From an uncultured delta proteobacterium (GTDB taxonomy: Bacteria; Desulfobacterota; SM23-61), in contig CAVQIK010000017.1 in the NCBI GenBank assembly GCA_963712535.1, forward strand, positions 2,451-66,450: a stretch of DNA of 64,000 nucleotides, read 5' to 3'. Each line of letters opens with the position of its first letter. Within the stretch, counting starts at the first letter, position 1. Below, piece after piece: positions 61,189-64,000 of this stretch. The position numbers and the translations under genes were made by a program. The notes beneath the pieces are model-generated. The model was given only the letters and a program-made list of their open reading frames with translations. It was not told the origin of the DNA and ran no database searches.

Positions 61189-61197
61189 TGCTATAAT
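61189..61197 (+). promoter_or_regulatory. Extended -10 promoter of the toxin-antitoxin operon
   Basis: TGCTATAAT followed by an AGGAGG RBS. Confidence 0.6.
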
Positions 61198-61211
61198 GCG
61201 CACAGGAGGAT

Positions 61212-61466
61212 ATGATCATGAAAGACCAGGAATTGCTTGAGAGAATCACTATCGATCCTCAAGTCATGGTTGGTAAGCCCGTTATCCGGGGGACGAGGTT
61301 GACGGTTGAATATATTTTGAATCTTCTTGCCCATGGGGCAACGGCAAGCGACATCCTGACCGAGTATAATGCCCTGACTCAGGAAGATATTCAGGCGTGT
61401 ATTTTGTTCGCAACCAAGTCACTGGAAAATACCACCTTTATGCCGCTGGGACTGGAGACAACATAG
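61212..61466 (+). CDS. DUF433 antitoxin-like protein
   Basis: RITIDPQVMVGKPVIRGTRLTV..IL..Y..LT.EDI.A. Confidence 0.92.
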   Translation: MIMKDQELLERITIDPQVMVGKPVIRGTRLTVEYILNLLAHGATASDILTEYNALTQEDIQACILFATKSLENTTFMPLGLETT

Positions 61467-61820
61467 ATGCGGTTTCTGGTGGACGAATCCACAGGCCCGG
61501 CGGTCGCGGCATGGCTGCGTCAGAAAGGGCATGAAGTTTTTTCAGTTTACGATAATTCTCGCGGCATGGCGGATGAAGAGATCATTCGCAAAGCGTTCAG
61601 CGAAAATTGGATACTGATGACCAATGATAAGGATTTTGGAGAGAAGGTATACCGCGAAAAGCGGCCGCACAAGGGCATCGTCTTGCTGCGGCTTGAAGAC
61701 GAACGTGCATTAGTCAAAATAGAGATTGTGAAGCGACTCTTGGAACGCTACGCCGACGGACTGTCAGGTCGATTTGTGGTTGTCACCGAAAGCGGTGTTC
61801 GTTTTGCCCGCCCCTTGTAA
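61467..61820 (+). CDS. DUF5615 PIN-like (Mut7-C) toxin
   Basis: MRFLVDES..LRQKGHEV..DEEI..TNDKDFGE; directly abuts DUF433. Confidence 0.9.
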   Translation: MRFLVDESTGPAVAAWLRQKGHEVFSVYDNSRGMADEEIIRKAFSENWILMTNDKDFGEKVYREKRPHKGIVLLRLEDERALVKIEIVKRLLERYADGLSGRFVVVTESGVRFARPL

Positions 61821-61899
61821 ACCCCCTCCCCGAACTTCGTTCCCCTATCTCTCGTGCCTGATGGCGCCTGTTTTTTTCGAAGGCAAATGCCGGAGGAAG

Positions 61900-62395
61900 C
61901 AGTTGCCAATTAAGAGTCTTAGAAGGCTGGCGTGAGATCATCGAATCCAAACCTCGCTTGACCCTGGCTCGCTTGATTGAACCTACCGTTCCCTGGCCCA
62001 GAATCTCCAACCCTTTACCAGGGCCGGTCAAGTCCTTGCTCATCGATGCAGACATTCTGCAAGAAGCCCGGTACATTCACTTAAACCCGCTGAGTATTCG
62101 AGAGGTCGTGGATCTCTCCACCGAGGCGAAGAGCATCTTCTCTTTAAATACCCCTGGAGCAGCGATCATGGGTACCATAGCCGAAGGAAGCGCAGGGATT
62201 TTCTTCGGGCGGGGGGAACTTTTGGTTTTTTGGTGGAAGGGACGGACAGGGCCGAAGGGCGTATGAACGCTTCGTAACGGAGGTCTGGAGCGGAAGGTGA
62301 CTAGCCCCTTGGCGAAAGGGGCGGGCCATTGGATCGTTGGGGAGGTGGTGTCTTTCCAAGGCCTAAAAGAGCGATTCTTGAAGAAATCGATACGG
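61900..62395 (+). pseudogene. Degraded RAYT/Y1 tyrosine transposase
   Basis: Across shifting frames: KSLLIDAD..ARYIHLNP; KYPWSS; GRRAYERFV..SPLAKG..IVGE. Confidence 0.7.
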
Positions 62396-62449
62396 CCGGA
62401 GAATGGGTCTTCAAACTTATGCGTCCTGGGAACCAACGTCCCGGCCGCA

Positions 62450-63329
62450 TTCATCGAGCACCGGATCGGGGACCGGCGCATCGTGCGGCTGATCCAGAAA
62501 TGGCTCAGGGCCGGTGTGCTGGAAGACGGGGAGCACACGCGCGGGGAGGTAGGAACGGTTCAGGGCGGAAGTATCAGCCCGCTGTTGGCCAATATCTATC
62601 TTCACTACGTGCTCGACCTGTGGGTCCAGCAATGGAGGACGAGGCGGGCGAAGGGCGATGTGATCATCGTGCGCTACGCCGACGACTTCATTGTGGGATT
62701 CGAGCATCGGTCGGAAGCCGAGCAGTTCCAAGAGCGATCTTCGGCAGCGGATGGCGAAGTTCGGACTGGAAGTGCACCCGGACAAGACCCGGCTGATCGA
62801 GTTTGGGCGGTTCGCCGCCCAGGATCGAGACCGCCGGGGCCGGGGGAAAGCCCGAGACCTTCAACTTCCTTGGTTTCACTCATAGCTGCGGGACCAACGA
62901 AGCGGGGAGGTTCGAGGTGCGGCGGCAGACGATGCGCCAGAAGTGGCAGGCCAAGCTGAAGGAAGTGTATGCGACGCTTCGGAGCAAAATGCATTCGCCG
63001 GTACCGGAGCAGGGGTGTTACCTGCAGGCGGTGATGCGCGGGCACATCGAGTATTACGGGGTGCCCGGGAACCGACCGTCGATCGCTGCCTTCCGCTTCC
63101 GTCTGGGCTGGCTCTGGTGGAAGGTGCTTCGGCGCCGAAGCCAGAGGACGACCGTCACGGCGGAACGGCTGTGCCGCTTGGTAGAGAGGTGGATTCCCGA
63201 GCCTTATCTCAGCCATCCCTTACTTTCCTAGAGGCCCGAGCGTCTGACCCGAGGCAGGAGCCGTATGAGGGAAAGCCTCACGTACGGATCTGTGCGGGGG
63301 GCGCCGGGCGACCGGCGTCCCTACCGCGA
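62450..63329 (+). mobile_element. 5'-truncated group II intron (RT/maturase 3' half + domains V-VI)
   Basis: HRIGDRRIVRLIQKWL, QGGSISPLLANIYLH, YADD, HPDKT, FLGFTH, domain X; two frameshifts; followed by DV/DVI. Confidence 0.9.
63258..63329 (+). ncRNA. Group II intron domains V and VI
   Basis: GAGCCGTATGAGGGAAAGCCTCACGTACGGATC (AGC triad, GAAA loop); DVI GGGGCGCCGG-GCGA-CCGGCGTCCCTACC with bulged A. Confidence 0.9.
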
Positions 63330-63789
63330 AGAATGACGTCCCTGCTTAGGAAGAGGGTTTTTTCCGCAAAGTTTTAATGAATAATGGGTAGGGAAGCGAT
63401 GAAGAGGTGGGGCGGGGGAACATAAGAAATTTTCAACCTGTCAGGGCAAACGTCCACTTCTTTAATCCTCCGCAATGCACGTTCTGCATGAACGTCCCCT
63501 TTCTCAGGCTGGGTCCACGCGACTGTTTTTCATTACCCCCTGAGGTGGTCTGCTAGATAGCCCCGGAATATTGGATGCGAAGTGGCCGAGCCATAAATAA
63601 CCTTCATCACACTTTCGCAACTGACGCTAACAAAATAGACCTGACCCCATCGTCAGAATGGAATAATATACCCTTATCCCCATTCAGGTCACAACCAGAA
63701 GTTTATGGAGGGGCTTTGAAAGAGCGCTAAGAAATGTGAGGGAAACAGCGGGTCGGAGATGGAGAGTTGAGGGTAGGAGCGCAGGGCAG

Positions 63790-63912
63790 GAGGGTTTCAC
63801 AAGCCCTTTTCGAGGTGGCTTGGCGATTTTAGTCCGGAGTATGGGATTCTCGCTGGCAGAGATGGCACGGAAATTAGCGGTGTGCACCTCCGATGTCGCC
63901 GACGCTGTTTGA
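63790..63912 (+). pseudogene. HTH-like C-terminal remnant of a RAYT-type transposase
   Basis: LVRSMGFSLAEMARKLAVCTSDVADAV* resembles the HTH tail of long RAYTs. Confidence 0.5.
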
Positions 63913-64000
63913 AAACGAGAGACACAGATTGGGTACAAATTTTCTACCACGTCGCCCTGATCCTAGAAACAGGTGCGAACATAGACGATTCCCGAAATAT

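Noticed and set aside
62297-63231. RT as a retron, DGR or defence RT
   Set aside because: The maturase domain and adjacent DV/DVI identify a group II intron. The N-terminus of ORF 62297 is RAYT-derived, not a real fusion.
60600-64000. Integron attC cassette array
   Set aside because: No RYYYAAC...GTTRRRY paired sites or intI recognised.

Overview
GC-rich bacterial chromosomal window. The gene content suggests an anaerobic Desulfobacterota/deltaproteobacterium-like organism (inference). About a dozen otherwise intact genes carry single-base frameshifts, several in homopolymers, which points to long-read assembly indels rather than true pseudogenes. From left to right: (1) an inositol-phosphate synthase / TIM-barrel isomerase / UbiE operon and scattered housekeeping genes; (2) a ~11.5 kb CoA-transferase / thiolase+DUF35 / SDR catabolic cluster; (3) a Clp1 RNA kinase and DUF151-PDZ neighbourhood; (4) a hybrid PAS histidine kinase; (5) a Dpp/Opp ABC transporter; (6) a co-oriented cluster of S1P-lyase-like, Zn-ADH, TPP-lyase-like, Spinster-like MFS and crotonase genes resembling a sphingoid-base degradation route; (7) an accessory 3' end with a PG-binding/CHAP amidase, a ~1160-aa Zn-PLC-like/clostripain/lipase fusion, a DUF433/DUF5615 toxin-antitoxin pair, RAYT (Y1 transposase) remnants and a 5'-truncated group II intron. 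Intergenic DNA is dense with nested repeats: a 310-bp MITE with a covarying internal 32-bp stem (4 copies plus a diverged core), a TA-targeting MITE (4 copies), several REP families, and a 502-bp TIR/TSD-bounded element carrying only a DUF559 endonuclease, inserted in the loop of a REP hairpin. No rRNA, tRNA or CRISPR array was seen.
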